Positions 41,958 through 56,324 of a stretch of DNA of 64,000 nt are shown in pieces. The notes under the pieces were generated by a model. The model made no database searches. It saw nothing but the letters and a program-made list of their open reading frames with translations, and was not told the origin of the DNA. Each line of letters begins with the position of its first letter. The first letter of the stretch is position 1. The DNA is from the human T2T-CHM13v2.0 reference genome, Homo sapiens, in NCBI RefSeq assembly GCF_009914755.1, contig NC_060934.1. One strand, given 5' to 3'. Both the position numbers and the translations under genes were made by a program.

Positions 41958-41992
<35 letters not shown>

Positions 41993-42149
41993 ATATATAA
42001 ATAAATAAGCAAGACAGCCAGGTATGGTGGCATGCACCTGTAGTCCCTGCTACTTGGGGAGCTGAGGCGGGAGGTTGAGGCTGCAGTGAGCCATGTTTGT
42101 GTCACTACATTCCAGCTTGGTTGACAAAGAGAGTCCCTGTCTCAAAAAA
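41831..42149 (+). mobile_element. AluJ with expanded (TAAA)n middle linker
   Basis: gaggttgaggctgcagtgagccatg; (TAAA)n at ~41957-42008. Confidence 0.88.
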
Positions 42150-44584
42150 TAAATGAAGATAGCTGTGGGTTTTTCATAGACACTCTTTGTCAGACTGAGG
42201 AAGTTCTTTTCTATTCCTAGTTCATTTCATGTTTTTGATCATGAAACTGTTGATGTTTTTTCAAACGATTTTTATGCATCTATTGAGACGGCCATGTGAT
42301 TTTTGTTTTGTTCTGTTGATATAATGTATTAATTAATTGACTTTTCAGATGTTAAACCAATTTTATGTCTCTGGGATAAATCTCAATTAGTCCATGGTAT
42401 ATGATTCTTTTTATACGCTTTTATATGTTGCTGGATTTGGTTTGCTAGTATTTTGCTGAAGATCTGATTATTGCATCTATATTTATAAGTGATATTGCTC
42501 TGTGGTTTTCTTGTCATGTTTTTGGGTTTGGTATCAGGGTAATACTGGCTTCATAAAATGAGTTGAGAGTGTTCCCTTCTCCTCTATGTTTTTGGAAGAG
42601 TTTATTAAAAATTGGTATTTGTTGTTTTCTGAATGATTGGTGGAAGGCAGTGGTGAAGCGATCAGAGTTTGGGGTTTTCTTGTTGGATAGTTTAAAAATT
42701 ACTGATTTAGTCTCTTTACTTCTTATATAGGTTGATTCAGGTTGTTTATAGAGGCACGTAATTTTGTGTGTGGGCCCTTACACAGTTAAAAGCCTTTTGT
42801 GGGGCCTGAGCTCCGTGGATCATGGATTACTGCAGTTACTAGTAAGTCCATAGGGGTCTTCTGGTTAGGTAAATAGATGGCTTAGACAGAAAGTGGGCTG
42901 TAATTTGGGCGTCTCAGTCCTCCAGAGCCTGGAGAAGATCCTGCAGGTGGGTCTGCATGCTGAGTGCAGCAGGCAGGGTCAGAGGAGAAGGGCTATTTTA
43001 GTGAGCTGAAGTGGGAGGGATGGGTGTATATTGCGATTCTAGCTAGAAGGATTGCTGTGGCAGGGCCCTCCAGCTAGTCCAGCTGGTGCCTTCCTGACAT
43101 GTGTACACCCCTTCCATCCACACTCCCTCCCAAGTAGTGGCTGTGTCCCTAGCACTCTGGGAGTCGTTCAGCACCACAGAGGAAGGGAACCTCTCTCTGT
43201 TATTATCATGTATCCCCAGCTCCCTGTTGTGGGTGGATGTACATGGCAGGGGGTCCAGGTCGCCCACAAGGTTCTCAGGATTATTTTTTGAATGGAAGAA
43301 TGGTCAGAACTGCCTCTTGGTTCTTGTCTCCCAGCAATCCGCAGGTATACCTGGCCTGAAGCCAGAAAGCCAAAGGGGTCCAACTGTATCCAAAAGCCCA
43401 CTTTTCTAAGTAAATGTGCATCAGGTGTCTTAACCATCAAGCATGGATCCAGAAACGCTTATCACTGTCTGTAGCATATGCAAAGCACTGTGGGAGATAA
43501 CATAATGTGAGGTGTCTGGTCTCTGCCCTTGAGATGCTGACAATGTAGTTGCTGGAAAAACACCAGTGGATTCAGTTGAATGAGTCCTTTGATGGCCTCT
43601 CAGTCTCAGCCCTGTAATGATCACCATTGTTGTTCCTGCATTCCTGGTTCCGGTAAGAGTGCCCGGCATGCTGATGCTGATTGGTGCAGGGACTGCATAA
43701 GAAGGCCCTTCAGCCCTCTGGGCTCTTCTCATTCTCCACTTTTCTTGATGGGTGGTCCAATTTCTGAAAATATGCCCAGCTTCTACTTTGTACTTCTGCA
43801 ATTGTCTGCCTCAGCCAAGTCATAACTGTCTCCTCACCACCCCCAACTCCTGGGACATTGTCCTGGCAGCCTTCAGCCTCTGGTCTCAGTCTCATACCCT
43901 CTCAGAAAAGGTAAATGGGATGCACACACACACACATGTGCACACACACGAAATTTCTCAATTCTCCCACCAAGTGGAGAGCCTCCAAGTTCCATTCCTT
44001 ACCATCCACTGTGGCTTAGGGGCTGGAGATTTTGGTAGCCTCTTCTTGAGACAACAATTACACATCAATCTCAGAGGGAGGCATTTTGGAAAAATGCCAA
44101 AAGACTTGGCCTAGTTTGGCTGAGCTCACCTGAGAGCCGGGTGTTACCTCAGGCACCGTTGGAGAAATAGGCTCCACAGAGGAGCCACGGGGGTAGTTAT
44201 TCTCTGTTCAGGAATTGGAGTCAGTCTCTGTTAGGTGTGTGAATGCTGAGTGATGGAGCAGGAAGTGCCATCCTTACCATCTCAGGCCTGGGCTGGAGTG
44301 TGTTAAAGGTGGCTCCTGCCTGCCGGGGGAGGTTGGCAACTCTCTCAAAGCAGTGAGCACAGATTCCACAACCTATCTTTGCGCAGTGCTGGCTGCTGAT
44401 CTTGCGGATGGGGACTGAAAGTTCTGCCCTCACGCTCCTCTGGCATTTCAGTCCTGACCCAGGTGCCAGAGTCCTGGGTTGGCAGGCATTCTGGGCAAGC
44501 CAGAGATGGCTCCACTCTGTGAAAGGTCAGCCACTTAGTTGACAATATTAGGTGGTGCTGACTCTGTGCCAGGTATACTCTCAC

Positions 44585-44820
44585 CTGTGGTTCTCAACCA
44601 GGGTCTATTTTGTGCCCCCCCAACCTTACCCACCAGGGGACATTTGGCAATGTCTGGAGACATTTTTGATTGTCACAGCTGGGAGGCAGTGGCTACTACT
44701 GGCATCTAATGCGTAGAGGCTGGGGATGCTGCTACACATTCTACAAAGCACGGAATCCGTCTCCACAGCAAAGAACAATCTGCCCCAAGATGTGAACAGT
44801 GCTGGGGTTGGGAAAGCTTG
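44585..44820. mobile_element. MER20 hAT-Charlie element
   Basis: gtggttctcaacc...caggggacatttggcaatgtctggagacatttttgattgtcac. Confidence 0.9.
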
Positions 44821-47399
44821 CTCTATACAGTGGGCTCCCAGAGGTGTTGGATCTGGACAAAATCCCTACCCTCAGAAAAGCTAGGCGCTAGTGGGGGTGG
44901 ACAGATCATCTTAGAGCTGGTCCCTGTCCTCCAAGTGGTGTCCTGAAGACAGTTCATTTGTTAGTTTCCCCCTTGAGTTTTTTCATTCACTTGTTCAGCC
45001 TTCACAGGTTGAGGTTTTTTCTTGGGATACAGAAATGGCATGGATCTGGTGCTTCCCCTCAAGCAGCCCATGTCCAGTGAGGAACCAAAGCATACACATC
45101 AACACGCACATACACAAACACACACAAATGCATATATGCATGCATGCATAAGCACACACACGCATGTGTGCATGCAATTCCAACACTATGCAATAAGGGC
45201 TGAGGTGGATGAATATCTGGAGACTGTAGGTGAGGAGGGGTTTGTAGCTCAGCCTTGAGGGGTGTCAAGGAATGCTTCCTGGGGGAAGTGAGCTGAATTT
45301 TAAAGGACAGGGAGAATCAGTAGGGGGAAAAGCCATTCCCCTAAGAAAGAACTAACCCTCTGTAGAAACCCATGGGCAAGAGAGTTCAATTTCCTGCAGG
45401 CTCTGTGGAGCAGCCAGAGGCTGCTATAACCCTCTGCCACAATCCACACTAATTGCTCCTTCCTCCTGTGACAAGGCATCCCCTCTCCCCTCTGCCCCAC
45501 AGCCCCTCCCCCATCACACCTTAAACTCATCTGTGAAATTGCATTTCTCACCCTCTCTGCCTCCAGCCCCTCCATCACTGCCAGGAGAGGCCATCAGTTC
45601 CCTGACCCAGCCCCAGCCCTCAGATGGGAGTCAGATGGTGCCCTCAATTATTTTCCTAACAACCAGGAGGATTTGGGGGAGAAGTAGAGAAGGAAAGGGA
45701 AGATAATGTGGCTTCCAGGGGCTTGAAATTGGACAGAATGCCCTTTTATACCTCCTGACTGCCTTTGGTATCTTCTCTCTCATATGTAAACAGCATTAAA
45801 CATAATGAAAGGCCAAGCCCTGGAAGGCCTTGCTATAGAGTCCATTGGGGAGAGAATCAAAAGATGCTCACAGCTGGCTGTCCTGGGAAGGGTCTAGTGG
45901 AAGATGCTAGGGGTCTGGGGTTAGCAAAAATGGATCTTTGTCATGGCTGTTTCATTGTCTTGCTGGGTGACCTCAGGTAAATTACTTCACCTTTCTGGGC
46001 CACAAGCACCTCTGCTGTGAAATTTGGAGGGAGCCCATCCCCAGGATATCGTATCACATAACAATAACATCTGGTGACATCACTGGCCTTTAATAGACAG
46101 GAGCAAAGCACGGAATTTGAAAGAAAATATGCCTGCATTTCTTCCTTCTCCCCTACAGCCCATGTTCCCCAGAGGTATTAGTGGCCACAGCTGATAGCTG
46201 ATGAGTCCAGCTGAGGTCGATAGGATACATCAGCATTCTCCAGATAAGCTTGATGCGTTCATGCCCCCGTACCTTAACCTATGCCATTCTGTTGCCCGGA
46301 ATGCCCTTCCTGCCCTCTCCCCACCCTTCCCGAAGGGGATATTCTATCAAGATCTAGCTAAGAAGGCCTCCCCTTTGGGACGCCTCCTTGACCTTCCCTG
46401 GTTGCTGTCTCTTCTGGCCCCCAACAAACTTTGCTTGCTCCTCTGTTCCATCTTCAATGTTTACTTTTGTGTCCCTGGCCGGTAACAAAAATCCAATAGC
46501 TCAGAGTGTGTCCCGCCATGGTGCGGCAACTCGCATTTCATCAGCAGGTGAGCTGTGACTGTCAATAAAATATTGCAGCTAATGACTTTGGCATGGATCT
46601 GGGCATTTCTATGCCGTGACTTCCCCCTTTCACTTGTAGCCAGGACACAGAGATCACAAGAGAGGGCTGTGCATTGGAAAGTTGATATTCCTGTGTATCT
46701 TGGAGGAGGAAAGGATGGACCCTGTGAACTGGCAAAGACTAGTTGGAGACATAATCACAGACACCTTCAGTTGGGCTCATTTAATTGCCACGGATAGAGA
46801 CCTGCTCAAGCACCTGGAGAATACAAGGCTATCATGGGGTTCCAGATGCAGGACTTGCACCCTAGTGGGGCCTCACAGGATTGAGCCCAGTGAGGAATTA
46901 CAGTGCTGTGTGGAGCAGCTTCTTTCTGTTCAGGTGTTACTGCTTCTCCCTGCACACTGGTTCTGCCCTCCTCCATCCTCAGATTGGCTTCCTCCTTCTG
47001 TTCATAACTTCCACTCCCTGGAAACTTGGATTTGTCAAAGCCCAGTTTGGCTGAGCTTCTCCATTACATGCCTGTGAACTTTGGGCTCCTGGCCCTTTTG
47101 CTACGTCTCACAGTTTCCTAGTTCTTTGGATCTCAATTTCTAAGAAAGGAATTTATAATCCAACTCAATACAACAAAGGTTGCTGGCCAACGAATGGATG
47201 CAGTACTCTTGGATCAGCACCAGGGCTTGGTGTCTGGTGGACAGGGTCAGGTGGTACAGAAGACGATCTCTTAGATAATGGTGGTTGGGGTGAGGCAGAT
47301 TATTTTTAAGGGGGTTAGGAAAAAGCAGGGAGTATTATACAACACTGATTTTTATACATGAGTAGCTACTGTGTGGCATATGACAGCTAAAAGCATGTG

Positions 47400-47535
47400 A
47401 GGATGGATGGATGGATGGATGGATGAAGAATGGATGATGGATAATGGATGATAGAGTGGAATCTCTTTGACAGAAAGTTGAAATGGTTTTGTAGCACCAC
47501 TTTCTAGATTATAGTTTATAATGCAAGAGAGGAGA

Positions 47536-47584
<49 letters not shown>

Positions 47585-47620
47585 ATTTTATATATGTATA
47601 GATACATAGATATAGATATA
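47400..47620. repeat. (GGAT)n and (TA)n microsatellites
   Basis: GGAT run at 47400-47452; TA run at ~47539-47576. Confidence 0.9.
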
Positions 47621-50237
47621 TTTAATAGTAAGTCATATCTGCTTAACCAGAGCCATACATGGCCATATGCTGTGCAGAGGAACCAAAGATGGATACCACA
47701 TGTGGCTTTGGGGAGGACTAGTGTAAAGTCTACCAATGTCCAAGGCATGGCCTTGGTAGAAAGAGGACCACTACTGCTACTCACTGACCAAGTAGTCCTC
47801 TGGAGTGGACCAGGATCTTCTAGCCTTCAAAAACCCTTTATAACCCCCAAACAGCACCTTCATCCTGTCATCCAGGCTCAAGGTGAGTCATGTGTTCCCA
47901 CTGTATCAAGTTGACACTCCCCATGTGGCATTGGAAGGTTGCATGTGTACAGCATTATCAGTCCCACTCCCTCCACTGCTTTGGCCACACCTCCTCCCTG
48001 CTATTCCACACACTGTCTTTTCTAGCTGCAGCCTTAAGTACTGGCCAACAATGTTGGCATGCTTAGAATACACCAGGTACTGTGCTTTTCTCTTTGCTCA
48101 TATCATAGTGTTTTAAGCTTTACAACAACCCTAAAGGGTAGTGGTTATTCTCCTCATTTTACAGATGAAGAAACCAAGGCCCAGGGACTTCAAGCAACCA
48201 TAAGCAACAGCCAATAAGCAGAAGAGCCTCTTCTGCACTGACTTGTATGGACTTCCAGCCTTGCTCATTTTCCTTTTGCAGCCTCAACCTTATCTAGATT
48301 TTAAGAGACAGCCCTTTTTGTACTTCCTCCCACCCCGCACCCTCACCTCTTACTCTTATTAAGTTTAAAGTGCAAAAATGATGCAATTAAAACCTATATT
48401 GCCTCTCGACCTTTTACTTGTGCCCATGAAATATCTAAGACCCGACATTCAGAGGTGAATACACACCTCTTCTTCTCACCTCCAGAGCTGGGCAATATTC
48501 AAACTCAACATAGACCAGTGGATGGAGAGGCGATTGTGGTGGAGGAAATAGCTATGGCTGGGTGTACATCCCTGGTTCTGCAATGACTGATGAGGCCTGC
48601 GAGTTCTGTATGGCACCTTGCCAGGCCTCTATTGGCCCTGCCATTGGATGGAGATGACCCTTGTGTCCTGCTGACCACACGGATCACATCATCCCCTCAT
48701 CTAGCTTCAAAAATAATCTAATCAAGACATCTGTTAATTCTAAGCTCTTTCCTTCTCTGGCCTCTGGGGGCCTCAGTTCCCTCATCTATAAAATGGAGAG
48801 GTCTCTTTCTACCGGCTGGCTCTGCGGACTTGTGGGAATTGGTGCCAGGCATGGGGCTTGGGTGCTTTCCTTCCCCCGGCTGCTAAAGGGGATGCCCTTA
48901 GAAGGCAGTCATCTCAGCTACTGGTTTGCACTGTCTTGGCCTGACCTCCAAACCTCTGGATGTGAAACCTTTAACCTCTTATCCAGATGTGCTGTTCTGG
49001 TGTCAAACAGCTACATGTTTGGGAATAACTGTATAAATGCTGGCCAAAACTGAGGCCATAACCACCCCACCCCCAAACCAGAGATTTATGCTCACTGACT
49101 AAGATTTATGAAATTGCCGCCTTATGAATAGTTCACGGGCATTCAGGGTCAGCTGAAGGTTTTTAGAGGAACATTTGGGAGTAATTTTGGAAACATTTTG
49201 CTTCTTTCTCTTTTCTTTGCAAGTGGTAAGAGGAGAGGGAGAGAAGCCCAGGAACCATCCCTCCCACATGGCTAAGGAGGGAAAGCAGGACTCCATAGTC
49301 CCTGGCTCCTCCTGGCAGAATTTATAGTCCGCAGCCTGCAAATTACTGGAGGGAACATGGAAACCTGGGTAATGATGTGGGAGAGAACATTCTCCAGTGC
49401 TGACGTGGGTTTCCCTGCGCCAGAGAACCAGAGATGGGGTAATTGAAGCTCATGCTCCGAACAGTTATAGCAAAGGTAATTTCCATGGCGGCATTTGAAA
49501 TATCCCCAGTGCACAGGGAGGAGGGTGGTGGCGGGGAAGCCAGACCTGATGAATGAGACAGAATCATGGATGCTCGGGCTTGGACCCATACAAGGCCCCA
49601 GGGTCTCCAGAAACTTAGAACTAAGTTGGGCCCTTACTCACAAAATGGGGTCCTCATTGGGTAGTAGAAGTAGGATGAAGGCGAGCCTAAAGCATAAACT
49701 CAGCAAAGGGAGGGACTCTGACTTTTCAGCACCATATCCTTGGCTCCAAGCATGGCTCCTGCCACTTAGAAGATCTTTAATATTTTTTGTTCAATGGATG
49801 AATGAATGAATGAATGATGGGTGAATAAATGGATGGCTCTAGAATAAGTGAATTGACAGTTCTGTTGTGTTCTACCTGTGTTCATCTCATGGCTTACACC
49901 TTGGCTTGCCCAGAGGATAGCAGTCAGAATAGTGAGGTGATGCTTAACTATGTCATTCAGGAGGCAGTAGAAAGAATGAGGGGTATTTAATGGTTAGCAT
50001 AACAGTTTCCTGTCTTCAAGTTTCTGAACGCAGGAGACACTAGTGGGTTAGAGCTAGGGCCAATGCTTAGAACTCAGAGGCAGATCTGGGGTCCCCCAAT
50101 ATCATTGCTCACATTGATTGAGTGCTTCATATGTGCTGGGCATACTTTTGCCATTGCAGATGATAGACACTAAGGCTTAGGGAGTATATAGGTTTCCTGG
50201 GCTGCTGTCACAAATGACCACAAACTTGGTGACTTTA

Positions 50238-50602
<365 letters not shown>

Positions 50603-50884
50603 AAGATAGTGGGGTTGCATTCTGTCTGACAGCTCTAGGGAAGAATCCTTCCTTGCCTCTCTTAGCTCCTGGTGGCTGTTGGCAATGCTGGCACTGCTCT
50701 TGGCTGTGGACTCATCACTCCATTCTCTGCCTGTCTTCTCATGGCCTGCTCCTCTGTGTCTTGATTTGGATTGAGGGCCTACTCTGACAGTCCAGTGTGA
50801 TATCATCCAAATCCTTCCTTTTAGTTACATCTGCAAAGACTCTTATCCCACATAAGGTCACATGCACATGCTCTGAGTATGGGG

Positions 50885-51221
50885 GGGTTATGGACTGGAT
50901 ATCTGCATCCCCCCAAAATTCATACATTGAAATCCTAACCCCCAGTGTGATAGCACTTGGAAATGAGGCCTTTGTGAGGTGATGGGATTAGTGATCTTGT
51001 TACAGGAGAAACCACAGAGCTTGCAGGAAGAAGAGGCCATGTGAGTAGAGAGTGAGAACTCGGCTGCCTATGAGCCCATACGAAGAAGCCTCAGGATGAA
51101 AGCTACCTGACCAACACCTTGATTTTGGACTCTTCTAGAACACGGGAAATAAATTTTTGTTGTTTTATAAGCTACCCAGTCTGTAGTATTTTTTTAATGG
51201 CAGCTTGAGCTGACTAATACA
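50885..51221 (+). mobile_element. MLT1A/MSTD-like LTR
   Basis: ttatggactgga...cccccaaaattcatacattgaaatcctaacccccagtgtgat ... gagctgactaataca. Confidence 0.8.
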
Positions 51222-51849
51222 GGAACTACCATTCAACCCACTATGGAGTGGGCCAGTGGTGGTGGAGGTCAGGGGCAGCCAATGCTCCTCTTCTCTTCCC
51301 CATGGGAGCCTTTGAGAGCCTTTCTGACTTTCCAGCATGGACGCCACTTCCCCAGGAGGCATTGAGTTCTTATGCGGGCGTTCAATGGGCTCCACAGATC
51401 TGGGACAATGTGGTGGGGTCCCCTTGAATTCTGTGATTGCATGGTAGCCCCTGACCATGCCCCTTACGTTTTGTCCACTGGCAGCAAGCTTAAACCAACT
51501 GGCAGTGGAACTGAAGGCACGTGTCTAACATTTATGGAGGATGACACCTTCTATGGGAGCCTGACTCGTGACCTCTGTGGGTATTTTTGGCCCAGAGAAA
51601 GGGCTGGTCTGAGCTGTGGCTATCAGTCTAATAGTATTAGAGGGTCACTACAGAGAAGGCAGTTATAAATCACCCAGAGTGGGCTGGGAAGTGAGTGGAA
51701 CCTTTCTGCCTCTTTTGGAAGACTCAACCTGGGGAAAACATTTCATGTCAAGGGTGGGAGGGGGAGGTTTCTTAGATCCCTGGGCTCGGCCAAATGTGAA
51801 GTCAGCACTCCCCTCCCAACCTCCCCGCAATCCAGCCTTCCTCCTGTCC

Positions 51850-52990
51850 TCCCCTGGCTTCTATAATTCCGTTTGTTGTGCTCGCAAACACCGTGTTGGA
51901 AGATTTCATGCTAATGAAAGGGTTTCTTGATTAGGTTACGCTGTTACTGTAAATGTTCCCTCATTATCTATGTTATGGTAGGAATTTGAAAAAGTATAAA
52001 TTGAGCGTCTTGCATAATTTATAAAACCTGAATGTTTCCTAATTAGTTCGGTTAGGTTAATGATGGTGCAGCGTCACTTCTTCCTGGTCCCGTTAATGAC
52101 CTTTCCACTCTTCATTTTGAACACTTTCTGTTATTTACAAGCCCCCTCCCAACCCAAATCCAACAACCAGCTTCCGGAGTGTGGCCCCATCTAGCCTCTG
52201 ATGGGAGGATGAAATGCCTTGCAGAATGTGAATGGCTCCTTTTTTCTCTGCATGTCCCCCGCCCAGCTTTGAGGCCAAGAGGCAGCCTGTTTAAAGGTTG
52301 GCCAGCCCAAATTTGGCTCAGGCCAATCCCCTGAAGAATGCCGGTGAAGTGCATTCTTTCGGCATTTGTATAGAGATTGGTGCTGTCCCCCATTAGCAGC
52401 CAGAGATGTGAAAATGCCGGAGGAGGTGGGGGAGGGAAAAACCCTCTCAAAAGGATTCTAAAATAACATTTTGCATCCTCAAGTAATTCCCAGTTCTCCC
52501 TGGCAACCATTCATTTCTTCCGAACAGCAGAAATTTGCAATATGAAAGTGGATTGGCTTCTCCCTCCCTTGGGGCCCCTGTATCTCTTCATCCAGCGCCT
52601 TGGGTAAAAAGCAATGCATACGTTTACAATATAAATGTGATTTAATCGACCTCCCTGTCAGGGAGAAATGGCAAGCATATCAAACAAGACCAAGATGTTA
52701 GAAAGAAAAATCATAAATTATTCCAGTGACGAGTTTCGGAGCCGCCTCCCAGACTACTAGATGATGCTATATAAGGCTGTTCCTTGAAACAATAATTAAG
52801 ATAATTCTGTATGACAAGGAGAAAAATGTCCAGCTTTGTATGAAATGTGCTTCATGTTAGCAAGCTGAATGCTTGGTATTGATTACTCTCTCCCCACAAT
52901 CTCCCCCACCCAGTCGCTGTGATTCAAGGCTAAAATTAATTGAATGATGCAACATTTCTTTTCTCGAATCCTTATTTACCGTACATGCCT
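51850..52990. promoter_or_regulatory. Candidate conserved developmental enhancer block
   Basis: TE-free and AT-richer than its flanks, with retained CpGs and dense TAAT/ATTA, atgctaat, tttataaa, ctaattag and tgatttaat motifs; conservation not tested. Confidence 0.5.
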
Positions 52991-55900
52991 CCTAGAAGCC
53001 ATGCAAAGTGGGCTGGCCTCTAATTCTCTAAATTGATCTCTTCCTTTGGCAGTGTCTGGGAGAATGCCGACATGTACGCACACACACTCACACACATCCT
53101 CAGCTGGGTGTCCATTGTTCTCCTCTCTGGAAGGTATGATTCCCCCCTCAGGCAGATTTGAGGGACATATCAGTACAGTACAGCCCTCACTATTCTGTTA
53201 TTAGGCCACCATGGGGCTCTCCTACAGAAATATGGCCAATGCCAGAGGTCCCTCAATGCAGAAAGCTGCAGACGGGACTGGCTCACCCCACCCGCCACCC
53301 TTTCCCTGCTTGCAGTCCATAGAACAGCATCTGGCCTCTGTCTAGCAGAACATCCATTTTCCCCCTCTCCCCCTTCCAACCTCCCAGGGTATGGTGTGGA
53401 TCAAGGAGGGACCTCTTCACTCTCCCCTCTCCTATTCTAGCTGCCATATCCTGAGACAGTCGTCCCCACTCCTATGAGAGGCACTGGGCAATTCCTGGCA
53501 GAGAGAGATGGTTTATGGCCTCAGCTCTGCTGGTTTTTCTGAGGCTCTATTTCATCTTGACTGCAGTTGCTGCCGCAGTGGTGGCTGGGAGAGAGAGCGA
53601 GGCACAGCTTCAGGTACTTAATCCACAGTACATCCCCTGGGCACCCGCAGCAAGGCTGATGCCTTCCCCTGCCTGGAGAAGCTGAGAGAGTAGTGGTAAA
53701 GGTAGCGACTGCAGGCAAGGTGCCCATGGGCAGTGGTCTGCCCCTGGAGCCAGGCTGGGGCTGGATTCCAGTATCTCTGGGCTTGTTGGGTTACTGAACA
53801 GGGCCCTTCCCACCCTGAACCCAGCTTCTTCCCTGCAGAAGGTGGTGGTGGGGATTCAAGGTGGAAGCCTGTGATGGGCTTGACACGTTGTGCACAATCA
53901 ATGATTTTTAAAAAATCAGAGACATTTAGACAATTGTGCGATGAGTAAATGGCTCTTGGTTTGACAATCCTGTTTGTGACAACCCAGAGCCTTGTCCCCA
54001 GGAAGCCATCCTTTCCAGAATGATGACAGAGAAGGACTCTTGTTTTCTGCCCTGGATGTGAGGGGGTGGTTGTGGTTCCACTAAGCCCTGAGGAACCATC
54101 CTTTGGGGACAGGCACCAAAGGTGCCCAAGGACCCCCTGCCCTAGTCTTCCTCAGGAGACGTGGCATCATCACTCAGCTGTAGCCACAGCTCATGAAGCC
54201 AGATGGTGATAAGCACATTGCTCGGAGGCTGAAGTGGGTGGGCCGGGAGAAAAGGCAGCGCTGGTGCCCAGAGCCGACTGCTATGGGAGAGGGGGCTGCC
54301 TATGTGGGCTCAGAGTTGGGGGTGAGGAGTCTAGAAGATAGGATAGGGAGAAAGCAGGCAGCCAGTGGGAGCTGGACCCATGGAGCATTAGTAACCCATT
54401 AACCCATACCCTTAAATTAGCAGATAACTACCACACTAGAGGCTACAGTCCAGGATAAGGGCTGTGTGAATCTTGTCCACTCTCCCAGAGCTGAGTACAG
54501 TGCCCAGCACATACTAGTGCCCAATAAAGGAGTGGAGTGATAGGTGAGGGCCCAGGAATCCCTGCTGAGGGGAGTGGGTGCCAAGGCATCAGTCTGGAGG
54601 ACTCTGAGGCTGTTGCACCTTGAGAATGGGTTGTTGAAAGGCAACGTGGGGAGGCTGTTTGCAGCCAGTTTCTCTCCTCACCCTCCCTCTGGGCGGAGGG
54701 GGGCTAGTGCAGCATCTAGAAGGCTTGAATCTCACTTTTGCTGGGAGCCTCACATCTGGCACGAGGCCTGGGCCAAGCAGTGTCTGAACTGTCCTCCTCT
54801 GACCCCAGATGATCCATCAAATCCTCAGGCATCTCTGAATCCCTGCGCAGCCTGGTACCCCGTAGGAGCTCAACAAGGACTCCTGAGTGGTTGGCTGCTT
54901 GACGAAGAAGCAGCCCTTCTCTGTTGATGAAAGAGCAATTAAGACTTTAGGAGTCTGCAGTCTAGACAGGGAGCTGTCAAGTCTCACATAAGTGGGTCTG
55001 GGAACTGGTAATAGGAGATTAGGGGGAGCTTCTGGAGAAGAGAAGCTGCTTTAGAGGTGAGCAGGAGGGAGCCTGGGGGCGGGTCCCGGGGGTTGGGTCC
55101 TGTGCATTGCTCAGCGGGAGCCAGCGTGTCGAAAGTTCCAACCCCTCTGCCTGCCTGCTCTGTGTGTCTTACAGGCTTGTTTTTACACTGCTTTCTTTAA
55201 TGACTTCTCACCATAGTCAAAACAACTCTCCTGTCAACTTATTACCTTAAAAATAGTTGAAAAGATGACACTTGGGTAGAAAGTGCTTTAAAAGAACAGC
55301 TACTTTCCCACACGCTCCTCTAGCTCTGCCTCAGAGAAGAGTCTTGTGTTTGGAGACCTGGGTTTTAATCCCAGCTGTCTCTCAAGGTGACTATGTGACC
55401 TTGGCCAAGTCATGGTACCTCTTGGAGCCTCAGATTCTTCCACTGTAAAACACGGTTAAAGCTCATTGGTGCATAGGAATAGAACATTCCCAATGTTTAG
55501 CTCCACACCGGTGTGTTCAGCCCATTTTCTCACGCAGCTGCCTGGGAAGGCTTCCTGGAGGAGGTGGCACAGAAGCTAGTTGCTGCGTAAAAGCCAAGGC
55601 CAGCGAGTTTGACCGCTGCAAGCTGAGCTTTTGTAGGACTCCCAGCAGTAAGCCTGGGTGGCAGCCATTCCCTGCCTCAGTTCCTGGACCTTCTCGTCAT
55701 TGCCTACCTCCCCATCCAGGAGGCATCCATCCCTGTACCCTTTCCTCTGCCTTGCTTCTCTGGTCCTCAGAACAGCTCCCTGCCACCTGCACCCTCCTGG
55801 CTGGGAGAAGGGTACAGCCTCAGCTCTCAGAATTTGGAAGACTTTTAATTGCTGTCTTTTGTCCATGGAGATTAGAGTGACTCCAGCTTGGAGACAATTA

Positions 55901-56324
55901 GTAAATTATTATGATTAGTTTCCATTTGTGTGGTGCTACCCTTTGAGAAGCCCAGCTGATTTAATCAGGGTTGGTTAATGGGAGCGCTAGCAGCTCCCCT
56001 CACTCCTGACGTGCCTTGGAAACCAAGAGTGAATCCATAGACCGTGTTCACAGGAGCTCAGCATTTTGTGCTGGAGTAAGACCCTCTGCATTGCAGGATG
56101 CCTTCTGCTCATGGCTTGCCCCACGGGTCTTTGGGGAGCTGAATAACTGGAGAGAGGGGGACGTGGGGACGTGGGCCTGGATGGGATGTCAGGGACCTAG
56201 GGTGTTTGCCTGGAAAGGGCCTCACTGCCCCATGCTCCCACAGTTCTCCTTACCCCACAGCCCACACCACCACTTCCTCCCTCCTCCCCTGCTTCACCTT
56301 CTCTCTTCAGATAGACTCTAGTCC

